64,000 nucleotides of DNA, taken from Raja brachyura (taxonomy: Eukaryota). The position numbers and the translations under genes were made by a program. The stretch is taken from assembly GCA_963514005.1 (NCBI GenBank), contig OY740787.1, positions 30,814,001-30,878,000 of the forward strand. Reading direction: 5' to 3'. Below are positions 24,118-37,819 of this stretch, in pieces. Each line of letters opens with the position of its first letter. Positions within the stretch are counted from its first letter, which is position 1. Under the pieces are notes generated by a model that was given only the letters and a program-made list of their open reading frames with translations, was not told the DNA's origin and made no database searches.

Positions 24118-25065
24118 ATGTCAGTAGAGATTGGCCCCATGGTTTGCTCAGCCTGCAACATGTGGGAGATCAGGGATATGGTTGGTGTCCCTGGTGACTA
24201 CGTTTGCAGGAAGTGTGTCCAGCTGCAGCTCCTGGCAGACCGCATTGAACAATTGGAACTGCGGCTGGACTCATACTGGAGCATCCACGATGCAGAGAAA
24301 GTCGTGGATAGCACATACAGCAAATTGGTCACACCGCAGGTAAAAGGTAAGAGGACAGAAAGGGAACGGGTGGCCATTAGCCAGCGTAGCAGTAGGCAGG
24401 TGGTGCAGGAGTCCCCTGCGGTCATCTCCCTCCCAAACAGGTATACCATTTTGGATACTGTTGAGGGAGATGGCTCATCAGGGGAATGCAGCAGCAGCCA
24501 AGTTCATGGCACCATGGGTGGCTCTGTGGCACATGAGGGGGAAACAAAGAGGGGAAGAGCAATAGTAATAGGGGATTCAATTGTCAGGGGAATAGATAGG
24601 TGTTTCTGCGGCCACAAACGAGACTCTAGGATGGTATGTTGCCTCCCTGGTGCAAGGGTCAGGGATGTCACTGAACGGCTGCAGAACATTCTGGAGGGGG
24701 AGGGTGAACAGCCAGTTGTCGTGGTGCATATTGGCACCAACGATATAGGTAAAAAAAGGAATGAGGTCCTACAAGGTGAATTTAGGGAGCTAGGAGATAA
24801 ACTTAAAAGTAGGACCTCAAAGGTAATAATCTCTGGATTACTACCAGTACCACAGGCCGGTCAGAGTAGAAATAGGAGGATATTGCAGATTAATACGTGG
24901 CTTTTAAAATGGTGCAAGGGGGAGGGATTCAAATTTTTAGGGCACTGGAACCAGTTCTTGGGGAGGTGGGACCAGTACAAACAGGACGGTTTGCACCTGG
25001 GCTGGAATGGAACCAATGTCCTTGGGGGAGAGTTTGCTAGTGCTGTCGGGGTGGATTTAAACTAA
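24118..25065 (+). CDS. CR1 ORF1p: zinc finger, coiled coil and SGNH/GDSL esterase domain (315 aa, open)
   Basis: ATG to stop. CSAC...CRKC, heptad leucines, GDSIVR, HIGTND, DGLHL. Confidence 0.9.
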   Translation: MSVEIGPMVCSACNMWEIRDMVGVPGDYVCRKCVQLQLLADRIEQLELRLDSYWSIHDAEKVVDSTYSKLVTPQVKGKRTERERVAISQRSSRQVVQESPAVISLPNRYTILDTVEGDGSSGECSSSQVHGTMGGSVAHEGETKRGRAIVIGDSIVRGIDRCFCGHKRDSRMVCCLPGARVRDVTERLQNILEGEGEQPVVVVHIGTNDIGKKRNEVLQGEFRELGDKLKSRTSKVIISGLLPVPQAGQSRNRRILQINTWLLKWCKGEGFKFLGHWNQFLGRWDQYKQDGLHLGWNGTNVLGGEFASAVGVDLN

Positions 25066-28035
25066 TGTGGCAGGGGGATGGGTACAAGAACAGAGAGGCA
25101 GGTGGGTGTAAAATGAGGGCAGAAGCAATAGGTAGCAAGGTGAAAAGTAAAAGTGGCAGGCAGATAAAACCTCAAAAGGGCAAAAATCAAAAAGGGTCAC
25201 TTTTCAACATAATTGTATAAGGGGTAAGAGCGTTGTAAAAACAAACCTGAAGGCTTTGCGTCTCAATGCAAGGAGCATTCGTAATAAGGTGGATGAGTTG
25301 AACGTGCAGATAGCTATTAATGATTATGATATAGTTGGGATCACGGAGACAAGGCTCCAGGTTGACGTAGGCTGGGAGCTGAACATCCAGGGATATTTAA
25401 TATTCAGGAGGGATAGAGAGAAAGGAAAAGGAGGTGGGGTAGCGTTGCTGGTTAGAGAGGAGATTAATGCAATGGAAAGGAAGGACATTAGCTTGGAGGA
25501 TGTGGAATTGGTATGGGTAGAGCTGCGAAACACTAAGGGGCAGAAAACGCTAGTGGGTGTTGTGTACGGGCCACCTAACAGTAGTAGTGAAGTTGGGGAT
25601 GGTATCAAACAGGAAATTAGAAATGTGTGCGACAAAGGCAAAACAGTTATAATGGGTGACTTCAATCTACATATAGATTGGGTGAATCAAATTGGCAGGG
25701 GTGCTGAGGAAGAGGATTTTTTGGAATGTATGCGGGATAGTTATCTAAATCAACATGTAGAGGAACCAACAAGAGAGCAGGTTATTTTAGACTGGGTTTT
25801 GAGTAATGAGGAAGGGGTAGTTAGCAGTCTTGTTGTACGTGCCCCCTTGGGCAAGAGTGACCGTAATATGGTTGACTTCTTCATTAGGATGGAGAGTGAC
25901 ATTGTTAATTCAGAAACAATGGTTCTGAACTTAAAGAAAGGGTATGAGACGTGAATTGGCCAAGATTGACTGGCAATTAATTCTAAAAGGGTTGATGGTG
26001 GATATGCAATGGAAGACATTTAAAGACTGCATGGATGAACTACAAAAATTGTTCATCCCAGTTTGGCAAAAGAATAAAACAGGGAAGGTAGTGGATAACA
26101 TTTGTGGATAACTAGGGAAATCAGGGATAGTATCAAAGCAAAGGAAGATGCGTACAAAGTAGCCAGAATAAACAGCATACCAGAGGACTGGGAGAAATTC
26201 AGAGACCAGCAGAGGAGGACAAAGGGCTTAATTATGAAAGGAAAAATAGATTATGAAAGAAAAGTGGCAGGGAACATAAAATCTGACTGCAAAAGTTTTT
26301 ATAGATATGTGAAGAGAAAGAGATTAGTTTAAACAAATGTAGGTCCCTTGCAGTCAGAAACAGGTGAGTTGATCATGGGGATCAAGGATAGGGCGGACCA
26401 ATTGAATAACTACTTTGGTTCCGTCTTCACTAAGGAAGACATAAATAATCTTCCGGAAATAGCAGGGGACAAAGGAGGAATTGAGTGAAATCCAGGTTAG
26501 TCGGGAAATGGTGTTGGGTAAATTAAATGGATTAAAGGCCGATAAATCCCCAGGGCCAGATAGGCTACATCCCAGAGTACGTAAGGAAGTAGCTCCGGAA
26601 ATAGTGGATGCATTAGTGATAATATTTCAAAACTCTTTAGATTCTGGAGTAGTTCCTGAGGATTGGTGGGTAGCAAACGTAACCCCTCTTTTTAAGAAGG
26701 GAGGGAGAGAGAAAACGGGGAATTACAGACCAGTTAGTCTAACATCGGTAGTGGGGAAACTGCTAGAGTCAGTTATTAAAGATGGGATAGCAGCACATTT
26801 GGAAAGTGGTGAAATCATTGGACAAAGTCAGCATGGATTTACAAAAGATAAATCATGTCTGACGAATTTTGTGGAATTTTTTCAGGATGCGACTAGTAGC
26901 TTGGATAAGGGAGAACCAGTGGATGTGGTGTATCTGGACTTCCAGAAGGCTTTCGACAATGTCCCACATAAGAGATTAGTATACAAACTTAAAGCATATG
27001 GCATTGGGGGTTCAGTATTGATGTGGATAGAGAACTGGCTGGCAAACAGGAAGCAAAGAGTAGGAGTAAATGGGTCCTTTTCACAATGGCAGGCAGTGAC
27101 TAGTGGGGTACCGCAAGGCTCAGTGCTGGGACCCCAGCTATTTACAATATATATTAATGATCTAGATGAGGGAATTGAAGGCAATATCTCCAAGTTTGCG
27201 GATGACACTAAGCTGGGGGGGCAGTGTTAGCTGTGAGGAGGATGCTAGGAGAGTGCAAGGTGACTTGGATAGGCTGGGTGAGTGGGCAAATGTTTGGCAG
27301 ATGCAGTATAATGTGGATAAATGTGAGGTTATCCACTTTGGTGGCAAAACCAGAAAAGCAGACTATTATCTAAATGGTGGCCAATTAGGAAAAGGGGAGA
27401 TGCAACGAGACCTTGGTGTCATGGTACACCAGTCATTGAAAGTAGGCATGCAGGTGCAGCAGGCAGTGAAGAAAGCGAATGGTATGTTAGCTTCCATAGC
27501 AAAAGGATTTGAGTATAGGAGCAGGGAGGTTCTACTTCAGTTGTACAGGGTCTTGGTGAGACCACACCTGGAGTATTGCGTACAGTTTTGGTCTCCAAAT
27601 CTGAGGAAGGACATTCTTGCCATAGAGGGAGTGCAGAGAAGGTTCAACAGACTGATTCCTGGGATGTCAGGACTGTCTTATGAAGAAAGGCTGGATAAAC
27701 TTGGGTTATACTCTCTGGAATTTAGGAGATTGAGAGGGGATCTTATAGAAACTTACAAAATTCTTAATGGGTTGGACAGGCTAGATGCAGGAAGATTGTT
27801 CCCGATGTTGGGGAGGTCCAGGACAAGGGGTCACAGCTTAAAGATAAGGGGGAAATCCTTTAAGGCCGAGATGAGAAATACTTTTTTCACACAGAGAGTG
27901 GTGAGTCTCCGGAACTCTCTGCCACAGAGGGTAGTTGAGGCCAGTTCATTGGCTGTATTTAAGAAGGAGTTAGATGTGGCCCTTGTGACTAAGGGGATCA
28001 GAGGGTATGGAGAGAAGGCAGGTACGGGGTACTGA
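25056..28035 (+). pseudogene. CR1 ORF2 (endonuclease plus RT) with several frameshifts and stops
   Basis: ORFs 25256-25954, 26102-26332, 26481-27230 and 27166-28035 carry consecutive APE/RT motifs ([18 protein letters not shown]). Confidence 0.95.
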
Positions 28036-28404
28036 GTTGGATGATCAGCCATGATCATATTGAATGACGGTGCAGGCTCGAAGGGCCGAATGGCCTACTC
28101 CTGCACCTAATTTCTATGTTTCTATGCTTCTCATTAGAGTGGAGGTCATCTACAGAACTATTGGAAAACTGTTTAATCTATTACACCACCATTTCAGAAC
28201 AAAGGGCACACCAATGTTAGTCATCAAAAGTGATGTACCATCCAGAATATATAAGTTCTTTAACAATTTTTCCCCAGTATACAACATAACCCACCAAGAA
28301 ATTAGGTCCACAAGGCCAGCTCCAGTGCGGTCCTGACCTCCTATCTCATTGGAGCCCTTTGAACTATATTTAATTGGACATTATTGGACTTTATCGAAAT
28401 ACTT

Positions 28405-29240
28405 ATAAAAATCTCATCTTGTCCTCTTCCGGTTTGCGTTGTTTTTAAATTTGCGCAAAAATGGTACCCATTAGCGCTACGATGTTTTTGCCACCTTACT
28501 AGCCGTGCAAGTGCATCAAGTTGTATTCCAATCGGTGAAATATTACAAAAGTTATTTGTCTGTTATTTGCCGGGTCAGCAACGCCCCTTCCGGCACCCGC
28601 TGTCAATCACCAGCGGCAAGAATAAAGCTGAAGGAGCGGAAGAGCAGAGTGTGGGCTGTGTACCGCGGGCGGGGGCTGTGTTCTGCGGGAATGGGCTGCG
28701 TTCTGCGGGAGTGGGCTGCATTCCACGGGAGTGGGCTGCATTCCGTGGGCGGGGCTGTGCTCCGTGGGCGGGGGCTGTGTTCCACGTGCAGGGCCGGTGG
28801 CCACCATGACGAGCCGGGGGCTGATGAGGGAGCTGCTGAGTGCGACAGGACCCAGGGACGGGAGCCGTTGAGTGCGGTCGGAGCCAGGGCAGGGAGCCGC
28901 TGAGCCCACACACCCCCCTCAATCCCCCGCCCACATCCCCCCTCCCCCCACACCCTACATTCCCCCCACACCCTCCTTCCCCCTCACATCCTCCCTCCCC
29001 CCCTCCTCCCCCCACACTCCCTCCCTCCACAACCCCCCTCCACCACACACACCCCTCCCCCTCCCACATGCACACCCTTCGCTACGCCCACAACCCCCCT
29101 CCACCACACACCCTCCCTCCCCCACACACCCCCTCCTCCACACCCCCCCGTCCCTCACACACCCCTCCCCCTCACACCCCGTTTCCAACACCCCCACACG
29201 CCCCCCCTCCACCAAACCCCCCCCCCCTTTCCTCCTTGTT
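28405..29240 (+). mobile_element. Non-autonomous Helitron-like element (family B), termini eroded, with C-rich low-complexity tract
   Basis: Reverse-complement homologue of 35440-36399. 5' part aligns with the family A 5' end (tttttgccaccttact vs tttttggccatcttact). Confidence 0.65.
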
Positions 29241-32104
29241 CCTTGGCCCACTAAATATTTGAGCATTTGCCAAATATTTCAGGTCAACTATCACTCTAGG
29301 GTGAGAAATGATACAATATACAAAAAAAAACACTGAACATTATGTTGGTGAAAAATATAGGCGTATGGAATTTCATTAGTTTTCTTCTTTGATGTTGGAC
29401 ACCACAATGAAATGATAAGCAATCAGGAAACTATTGATCTTTCTGTGGAGGCTGAAAATAAAACTGTACCCCTGGAGAAGTTCATATATATAGAAAATGA
29501 CTTTTAGTGTGCCTGATCAATATTTGAGCCAAATGAGTCAGTTGTCTAGCTATAGAACAATTGGAGAATTAAGACAAGGTGACACGAGGTGCATTATGAT
29601 ACTTTGAAGAAAATAATCAAACTGTGAATGGCCTTGAGTCAGTGAAGAGCAGTGACTGTGACAATGATAAAAGTTGATGTGACACAGATGCATATTGCCA
29701 GAAAGCAAATAAGATGTTTGAGTGAATTTTTAAATGCACTGGCTTTATTACCTTTGGGGTTATCTTCGTATAAAAATGTGTTACAAAGGACAGAGTATAT
29801 TTTAGTACTTGCCTATTTAAATTTAAGCTAATTTTGTTTATAAACCATTATAAACTGCTCACACTTTAGTGACACATTATGGAAATATTTGATAGCTTGG
29901 TGTAAAGGCTCAAGATATGTGGGAAATATTTAATTTCAATCAATGTTGATTAGTGCTTCGATATCTGTGGACAACAATTATTTTATAACATTAAGAGATT
30001 GATACGCCACTGTTTGGAATAAATGCTTTTTTATTCTGATTTAAAACAAGTGTTCCAGTATGCAATTATTTGATTATAGGTTATATCTATACCTTTTCCA
30101 CCATCACTTTGATTGACACTTAATATTGTAAGTAATATCACAGCTTCCATCAAGTATTTAGGGGATATCATGCCTAGCAATGTAGAATTAATAAATCATA
30201 TTTCCTACCTGATTTATTATTATTAAAATAGGATGGAAACAATGCTCAACAAATATTATGTTCACTGTTTTGGTATTTTAACCCTTGCTTACTCATTGGT
30301 CATGCACACTGTTGACTGCAGATCTTTGTATTAATAATACTTTTAATTTATTGTAATTATACAATAGATGGAACATAAGTGCTGGGAATCAGTCTTTCAT
30401 GTTGGTTGCCTAATGGTGTGGAAGTGAGCAAGAATCATGTCCCACTGTGAAAGGAGACTTGACCAGTGCTTAATGAACTGTTGTTAGTCACAACCATTCT
30501 TGGTGAGTCTTTGATATTGTATCCATTCAGTTGCAATTTAGCATGGCATGTCCATTTGGAGGGGGTGGTATTTACTGACAAGTTGAGGATGGTCTGGGAA
30601 AAGGTTCAGAAATGTGTCAGAACAACACAACCATATACACTTGAGTTTCCCTAATGTTTGTGTTGGACATAATAGCTTTCTAGCGATTTCAGCATTTTTC
30701 TTTGGTTGGAGTATAAATGTACATATTTCCAGGCTTTAAATCTAGTTTGACAAATAGTGGAGGAATTCTTCACCTGTCCTGGCTATCATTTTACTTTTTA
30801 ACCACCAGCATAGGAAGAGATGATCTTGTTTGTGAAGCCTTTACTGTTTGTGGACATGTGGTGTATTCAAATTGATCACCAGCATCTTGGCATGGTGAAA
30901 ATATGTAGCATAAATTACTAATTCCCTTTTTATTTTGCAAGTGTCTTGAACTGTGCATGATATGCCTGCCGAAAGAAAACAAAATGAAATAATTTGTGGA
31001 AGGTAGTAGAAATGCTTTGCTATGCACACTAAATGGACTGCAATGGTAGGATACTATTGGAGAAAATGCCAAATTACTACACTTGGTCAACTAACTATAA
31101 AACAAGATTAGAATGGATGTGCGGCCAAGATTAGATCACCCATAATCTTGCTGAATAAAAGAGGGTTCAAGATGCCATAGGACCTACTCCCATTCCTTTA
31201 GTTTTTATGTTTTTATACTGAGTGTTTTTAGGCTCTGCTGGTTGTCTGTGCAGACTGCTCATGGTGCACAGATTTGCCTTTACTTGATGTGGAGGGCCAT
31301 GTGATTTGACTCTCTTCCATCAAGAGGTGAGCTGCAAGATGGAACGGGCTACAAGTGAGCTTCCCATGCATCGTATCTTGGGGTTGTGACTGTAACTGAC
31401 TGCTAGAGAACTGTTATTTGCTAACTGTTTGTAGCTCAGCATGATTTGGTGAAAGACAGAATTTGTAATGCTAGGTGCAGTAACTAGAAAGTGGCTGAAA
31501 AAGGCTACAATTCAATGAAAGGCCACAATTCAATGAAATAAAACAATATACCCAAATTGCAATTGCTTTCAACAGATCAAAGCAGAATAAGAGAACATAA
31601 TTTGGACCTTTTAAATAATTTCAAAGAGTATTTAATAATATTGCCGAGGTAGTTGATGGAATGTGGTAAAATATTTTATTTATATTCTTCCTGTGTACAT
31701 CCATAACTCTCTTCCATTGATAAGTACATTGAATGAAACATTGAAGAAAATTAAGATTTGTTATTTTTTTCTAATAAGGAATATATATATATATACACAT
31801 ATATTTATCATACCTTGTAATAAAACAGTAACTTGGAAATACATTAGTATAATGGTGGTAATGACTATTTTATATTGATTACCACAATTATTCTAATGAT
31901 ATATTTGGAGGCCCTATTAATAAATAAAATATGCTTGCATTTGAAGGAATTATGGTTAGCGATCATTATGAATGTTTCAGGAAAGTTTTTTTTAACATCC
32001 AGTAACACATCTTTCAATAATAAAATGTATCATACTAGAAATGGAATTTTCATAAGTGTGGGCTAAATCCCAGTGTTGACCACACCCTTCCACCAAACCC
32101 AACC

Positions 32105-32590
32105 CCACCAGAGGGACCTTGGGGTGCATGTTCATAGGTCTGAAAATGTTGACATACAGTAGGTGGAAAAGTTGATGAAGAAGACATTGGGATGTCATGT
32201 TGCAGCTGTACCAAGTATTGATCTGCCCATACTTAGAGAAATGTAAACAGTTCAGGTTGTCATGCAACAGGAATGATGTGGTAGCAGTAGAGAGAGCTCA
32301 GAATAGATTAACCAGGATGTTGCCCGGTATGGAGAGATTGGAAAGGCTGGGTTTATTCTCACTGGAATATGGGAGGCTGAGGGGTAGCCATAGAGATTTA
32401 TAAAATTCAAAGGGGCATAGTTAAGGTAGACAGTCAGACCATTTACTTCAGATGAGGAAGTCTAAAACTAAAGGCCATAGGTTTAAGATAAGAGAGAAAA
32501 AAAAATGTAAAGGAGATCTGAGGGATAGGCTTTTCACAGAGTGAGTGATAATTATCTGGAACAAGTTGTCAGAGAAAGTGCCAGAAGTAT
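32105..32590 (+). mobile_element. Old CR1 ORF2 3' fragment
   Basis: ORF 32197-32403 MLQLYQVLICPYLEKC...RLTRMLPGM...LGLFSLE. Confidence 0.8.
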
Positions 32591-32834
32591 AATTCATTTA
32601 TGGACTGGAGCATAGCTCTCATTGGGCAACGGTCCATCAAACCAGAGCACTGCTGAAAATGACTGTGCTTTGCAGGTGGGAGAGTGCCCTTGTTTCATTG
32701 GCATGGGTCTTCAGATCCTTCAGGTTGACTCCAAGGGGCTATATATAGGGTGGGAAAATAAAAAGTAGTGGTAGGAGGTGACAATTAAAATGGACTCAAC
32801 AAATGTACTCTCCTACATGTGACACTATTGCATA

Positions 32835-32980
32835 GAGACATACATCATGGAAACAGGCCCTTTAGCCCAATCAATCAGTGCTGACCATCAACCATCTATT
32901 TACATTGCCCCTACATTAATTCAATTTTATTCTACCCACAAGCCCCCCCCTCCTCCCCTCCCCACCTCAATTCTGCCACA
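32835..32980 (-). mobile_element. Old V-SINE 3' fragment
   Basis: catggaaacaggccctttagccca...accatcaacc is the reverse of the SINE tail seen at 47745-47795. Confidence 0.5.
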
Positions 32981-35083
32981 TAACAAAGGGTATGGTTAAC
33001 ATTGTATTTGGTTACGTCAGGAGCATAGTGACAGTGAAGGGTGTGTTTCAGAGTGGAAAGAGTCCAATTGATAGAATTCTTAAACTGAACCTACCTGAGA
33101 GAAGATTGATTTTCCAGACTCAAGAGCCACGCATCCTTTAATTAAAATAGAAGAACATTCAGCTGAATTGTCTGGAGCAGCTACAGATTGCATGCCTCTG
33201 TGCACCTTCACTTATGAGAAAGATCTAAAACACATTTTATTTGTTTAATTTCAGTCTGCAACCTTTGTGTGTGATCTATATACAAATGAACTACATATAA
33301 TTACGTTTTGTGATCACGTTTTAGATTATGTTCATTTAAGCTGTGTACAAAAATCTTATGGTTATCTTGAAGAATTTTAGGTTTATGATTCATATTGCAC
33401 AGCAAAGACCATTTCACTGGGATGAGGTGTGCTGCACAATTATTTGTCTTTGGTTTGTGCCTTCTGGGTATCCATTAAACTGTGCAGCCTAATGCAATTA
33501 ATAGATGTGTAGTTTAATATTTAAGATTAAGAGAAGATTGAATAATATTTTCAACGAATTTGTGTGGTTAGATGCTAATAGTTTCGAGAATCTGAGAATG
33601 TTAGGCAAATACTGATTTAACAGTTTTGTATATCATAGTGATATGTTTTATAACATACTTTGAAAAATATTCATCGGTTAAGTTAGAGTTAAAATATTTT
33701 AGTGAGCCGTTAGTGAAATGTTCGATTTTTGCAGCCTGGATTAAATGTTTTTAATTTGGCATGCTTGTATTTTGAAATTCAGAATGATGATTTCATTGTC
33801 TTGATATAATTACTGTGTTACACATAACCAGTCATTAGGAGGGAAACCATGTAATTATGCAAGCATAATCTTGTTTTATGATCAAAATATATACATAGGA
33901 ACAGGGGAGCTCTGGAAAATCCAGGAGGGAGACAATTTGGCAGCTGGATTTGTGGTGTACCAGCTGATCATCAGATAGTGTTTGTAGGAGGCATGGAACA
34001 ACTTGAGGGACACATGTTAGCAAGTGTCCGTGGGCACTAAAGTGGGCATTAGGATGGCAGATGGGAAGCTGGAATTATTCCTGTGGAGGCCCAAAGAGCC
34101 TTTTCTTAGTCCTCTCCGTCCAATAGTCCCGTAGGAATAGTTTCAGTCTGCAACTTTTAGGCCCCTATTTGCAGTTTTGCCTGTCATTGAATATGTTCTT
34201 ACTAATAGATAATTAATAATCTTTATAGAACATTTATTTGCATTGATTAATAAACCTCTCTTCTGATGCAGAACGGCACCCAGGAGGAAGGTGCACGTAT
34301 TTGTTAGTACGGGGGTGGGGGGGTGGGGGGGGGGGGTGAAAGGAAGGAAACAGTGGAAGTCCACCTTGATTTGAACCCTATAAATGATCACATCTGAAGA
34401 TTTGATTATTTCAGTTTAAAAAAACCCGAAAGAATCTGTCCACCAGAGCTGGCCTGGTTATCTTTGAGAGTGTAGAGTTAGTAAGTGGGAATTCTGGGTA
34501 AGAGCTCAAACCTGGTCCAATGTAGCAGCTGAGCTAAACTGGCACCGTTTGATGTATGTACGTTGTGACTTAAGTTGCAGTTGCTTGTTTACAAATGATA
34601 GAGCGACTAACAAGAATGTGAGGCTTATACTTGCAGAAAAAATTAAAATAGTAGGAAATTACTGCAGATGCTATAAATCTGACATAAAAATTCGACAAAT
34701 ACTCAGCAGGCCAAGACGTGGAAGGAGAAAGTGTCAATGTTTCAGTCTGGTGATCTTGCACCAGAACTGCTTTGATTTTGCAGACTGCTGAAATTTATAA
34801 TGTCTGTGCATATCACGTGCTGGGATATCACATGTTTGGGGGCACTTTTGAGTATAACTCCCACCTCTTTAGTGTTTTCTCCTGTTCAACATCTCTTTAC
34901 TTCACTGGGAATGGAGCGAATCTTCCACATGCCTCCCGTATCAGGGACGATATTTTGGATTATTCGGAACATATCCCAGAAATTTTGCCCATCATGCTTC
35001 CTTGATTCTCTGGGTGCTGGATCACTTTATTATGGCTGTAGTTTTCTTTTTTTTTAAAAGGAAGAATATTTTCTTATTATCAA

Positions 35084-35222
35084 TCTGAATAAAGGTCCCG
35101 ACCCAAAACACCACCCATCAATTTTGTCAACAGATGCTGCCTTGACTCGCTTTCTGTTGTCAGCACTCAAGTACTTTCTGTTTTCCCTCAGGATACCAGC
35201 ATCGGCAGTATTTTGTGTCATC
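35084..35222 (+). mobile_element. Penelope-tail/hammerhead-like repeat
   Basis: tctgaataaaggtcccgacccaaaacaccacc...agatgctgcc. Confidence 0.55.
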
Positions 35223-35400
35223 AATATTTTTTTTGTTATTTATTCAAGATGATCAGGTAGTACATCAAGGTGTCTGATATTCCCTGCAATACCAGATTGG
35301 CTGCCTTGACCAAATAAAGAAATTCTGTTTTCAGGATAAGATCAGTTCCACCAGCGTTTCATGCACCAGGAAATGGCAATGTGGCCATGTAGTTTACAAT

Positions 35401-36399
35401 CTAGCTTCTAACTATTGACCAAGAGGTGACTGCATCATAAAGGGGGGGTGTGGATGGGGGTGGGGGAGGCGGAGTGGGGGAGGGTGTCTTTGGGGGAAGG
35501 GGTGGGGGAGGGGGGTGTGGGGGGTAGGGGAGGGGGTGTGTGTAGGGGTGTGTGGAGGTGTAGGGGATAGGGGGTTGTAGGGGGAGGGGGGTGTGGAGGA
35601 GGGGGTTTGTGGGGGTAGGGGAGGGACGGAAGAGGGGGAGGGTGTGTGTGTGTGTGGGGGAGGGGGGGTGTGGGGAGGGGGCGGGTGCTGGGAGGGGAGG
35701 TTTGACGGGGTTGTGGGGGTGGGGGGAAGGGGGAGGGCTGTTGGTGGTAGGCGAGGGGTAGGGTTGTGTGGAGGAGGGGGGTGTAGGGGGGGAGTGTGGA
35801 GGGGGTGTGTAGGGAAGTGGGGTGTAGGGGAGGGGGGTGTACTGGAATGAGGGGTGTGTGGGGGAGAGGTGTGTGTGGAAGGGGGGAGTGTGGAATGGGG
35901 GGGAGTGTGGAAGGGGGGGTGTGTGGAAGAGGGGGGTGTGTGGAGGGGGGTGTGTGTGGGGCGTGGGGGAGGGGGAGGGGGAGGGGGTGTGTGGGCTCAC
36001 AGGTTCCCGGCCCAGGTTCCAACCGCACTCACTGGCTCCAGGACCTGGCTCCGGACTCACTCAACGGCTCCTGGCCCCAGCGCCTGTCACGCTCACAGCT
36101 CGCCCCCGCCGCCGAACACAGCGAGCCTGCGAACACAGCCCGCACTCCGCTGCTTCAGCTTTATTCCAGGCGCCGGTGATTGACAGCGGGTACCGGAAGG
36201 GGCATCGCCATCCTGGCGAATATCAGACCAATAACTTTTGGAATATTTCACCGATTGGAACAGAACTTGGTGCGCTTGGAGCAGAGGAGAACAGTGAGTA
36301 AGGTGGCAAAAAAACCTAGCGATATAAGGTACCGTTTTTGTGCAAATTTAAAAACAACGCAGACCGGAAGAGGACAAGATGTGAGTTTTAGTAATAGGA
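35401..36399 (-). mobile_element. Non-autonomous Helitron-like element (family B) with about 550 bp G-rich tract
   Basis: Minus strand starts a|TCCTATTACTAAAA, homologous to the family A 5' terminus. 3' end is uncertain: CTAG at 35401-35404 but no clear hairpin. Confidence 0.7.
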
Positions 36400-36454
36400 T
36401 TGATTGATTGATTGATCCCTTCCTTCTTTCCAGAGACATCCTAAGAAAGCGGTG

Positions 36455-36745
36455 TATTGCTTTAACTGATGCCTTTCAGATGAATACCACACTGAGGGTC
36501 TCGCTGCTCTCTCCAATGTGAAATAAATCCTTGAGCACAATTCCTAAAATGAGCAGAAGAGTTATTTATTTTGTCTTGGCCAAATTATACTCTCAAACAT
36601 CATGAACATACGCACATTATCTGGTTAATATTAGAATTTAATATTTGCATTGAATAAACTTCAGAATTATTTCATTGGTTGTAAAGTGATTTGGGGCATT
36701 TGGGAGCTGTGAATGGCCTTATATAAATGTAAGTCTTCTCTTTGA
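36455..36745 (+). mobile_element. Ancient Deu-domain-like SINE remnant
   Basis: gcctttcagatgaa...cttggccaaattatactctcaaac...ttcattggttgtaaagtgatttgggg...tatataaatgtaagtcttc. Confidence 0.5.
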
Positions 36746-37819
36746 ATTGTTGCTGCATTTAAATGGATCATCCATTTTACAACAGTGGGAACATTTCCTT
36801 TAATGCTTTGATGGATTATCATGGATGTACCGTGAGAGCACATATAAATAAAAATGACTATTAGGTAAAGGATAGTATATAATATTTCTGTTGGCAGATT
36901 ATTATTATTATTCAGTCACTTTAAATTGACAGGTAATTTTAAATTGTGTGATTAAAGATGAACATCTCAAAAGCAAATGAATGCTTACAATGATTTTGCA
37001 ATAAAATTATATAATCACAAACATATTTAAAGACATTTAGCATATTTTTGACAAGCAATCAAATTGAACTCTTTAATTGTTTCCACAAATAAAAGTTTTA
37101 ATTTTATGTACATATAAATTATCCAGGAACTGTATAATCTTTGAAATGGTGAAGCCCTGTGATTATCTACTTAGACTTGATTTAAATGTTTATTCTCCCA
37201 AAACTGTGATCTGACCTTCAGTTTCTCTCTAACGAATCATCAACAGGGTCAACAGGATTTTGAACAAATTTGTTTTAACAGCTGCAAAATGGAAAAGCTG
37301 TTTGTCCAGTGATGTGATTTTACTGCACAGGCAATTAATTGTAGCCCACCATAATGGCAGGAGAGGAAGACTTTCAAAAAGTAGTTTGATGTCAAAGCAG
37401 CATTAAGCTAGGAAAATACATCAAAATGAATAGTTTAGCTTATTAGACTTAAATACTACCATTTTACATTAGTATTGCTTCTGACAAATGAAACAGCTGT
37501 TACAAATATCCACATTATGAGTAGTTATTCTCCTGCTGAAAATAATGAGTGATTGTTATAATATGATGCAAGGTAATTGGATCGATCAGCAATTCCCGAG
37601 TAAATTTCAGTTCATTAAAAAAAAAATCAATACTGTTGTGGCATCTGGGACTGTGTGAAGAAGTGCAATAAATTTCATGTAAACTGTATGTCCATACCCT
37701 ATGGGTGAGTACATTTTGTTTCTTACTATGTCTAATATTCATGCTTGGATTATTCATTGCACATAGTACTGCTCATTCCCTATGTCTGAAGCACGTTCTC
37801 GGTGCAGGTGTGCAAATTA

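Larger units (their letters stand above)
23811..28126 (+). mobile_element. Full-length CR1 LINE with intact ORF1 and disrupted ORF2
   Basis: 5' UTR with CCAAT pair, ORF1, ORF2 fragments and (TTTCTATG)n tail. Possible decayed TSD cttcccgtt/cttctcatt. Confidence 0.95.

Noticed and set aside
24118-25065. Host GDSL lipase or PAF-acetylhydrolase gene
   Set aside because: Intronless and positioned as ORF1 of a CR1 with UTR, ORF2 and tail.
28384-29336. Pro/His-rich and Gly-rich ORFs (extensin- or collagen-like)
   Set aside because: Open in most frames because the C/G-rich low-complexity tract lacks stop codons.
35401-36301. ORFs of 197-219 aa rich in Pro, His and Thr
   Set aside because: Same low-complexity artefact within a Helitron-like repeat.
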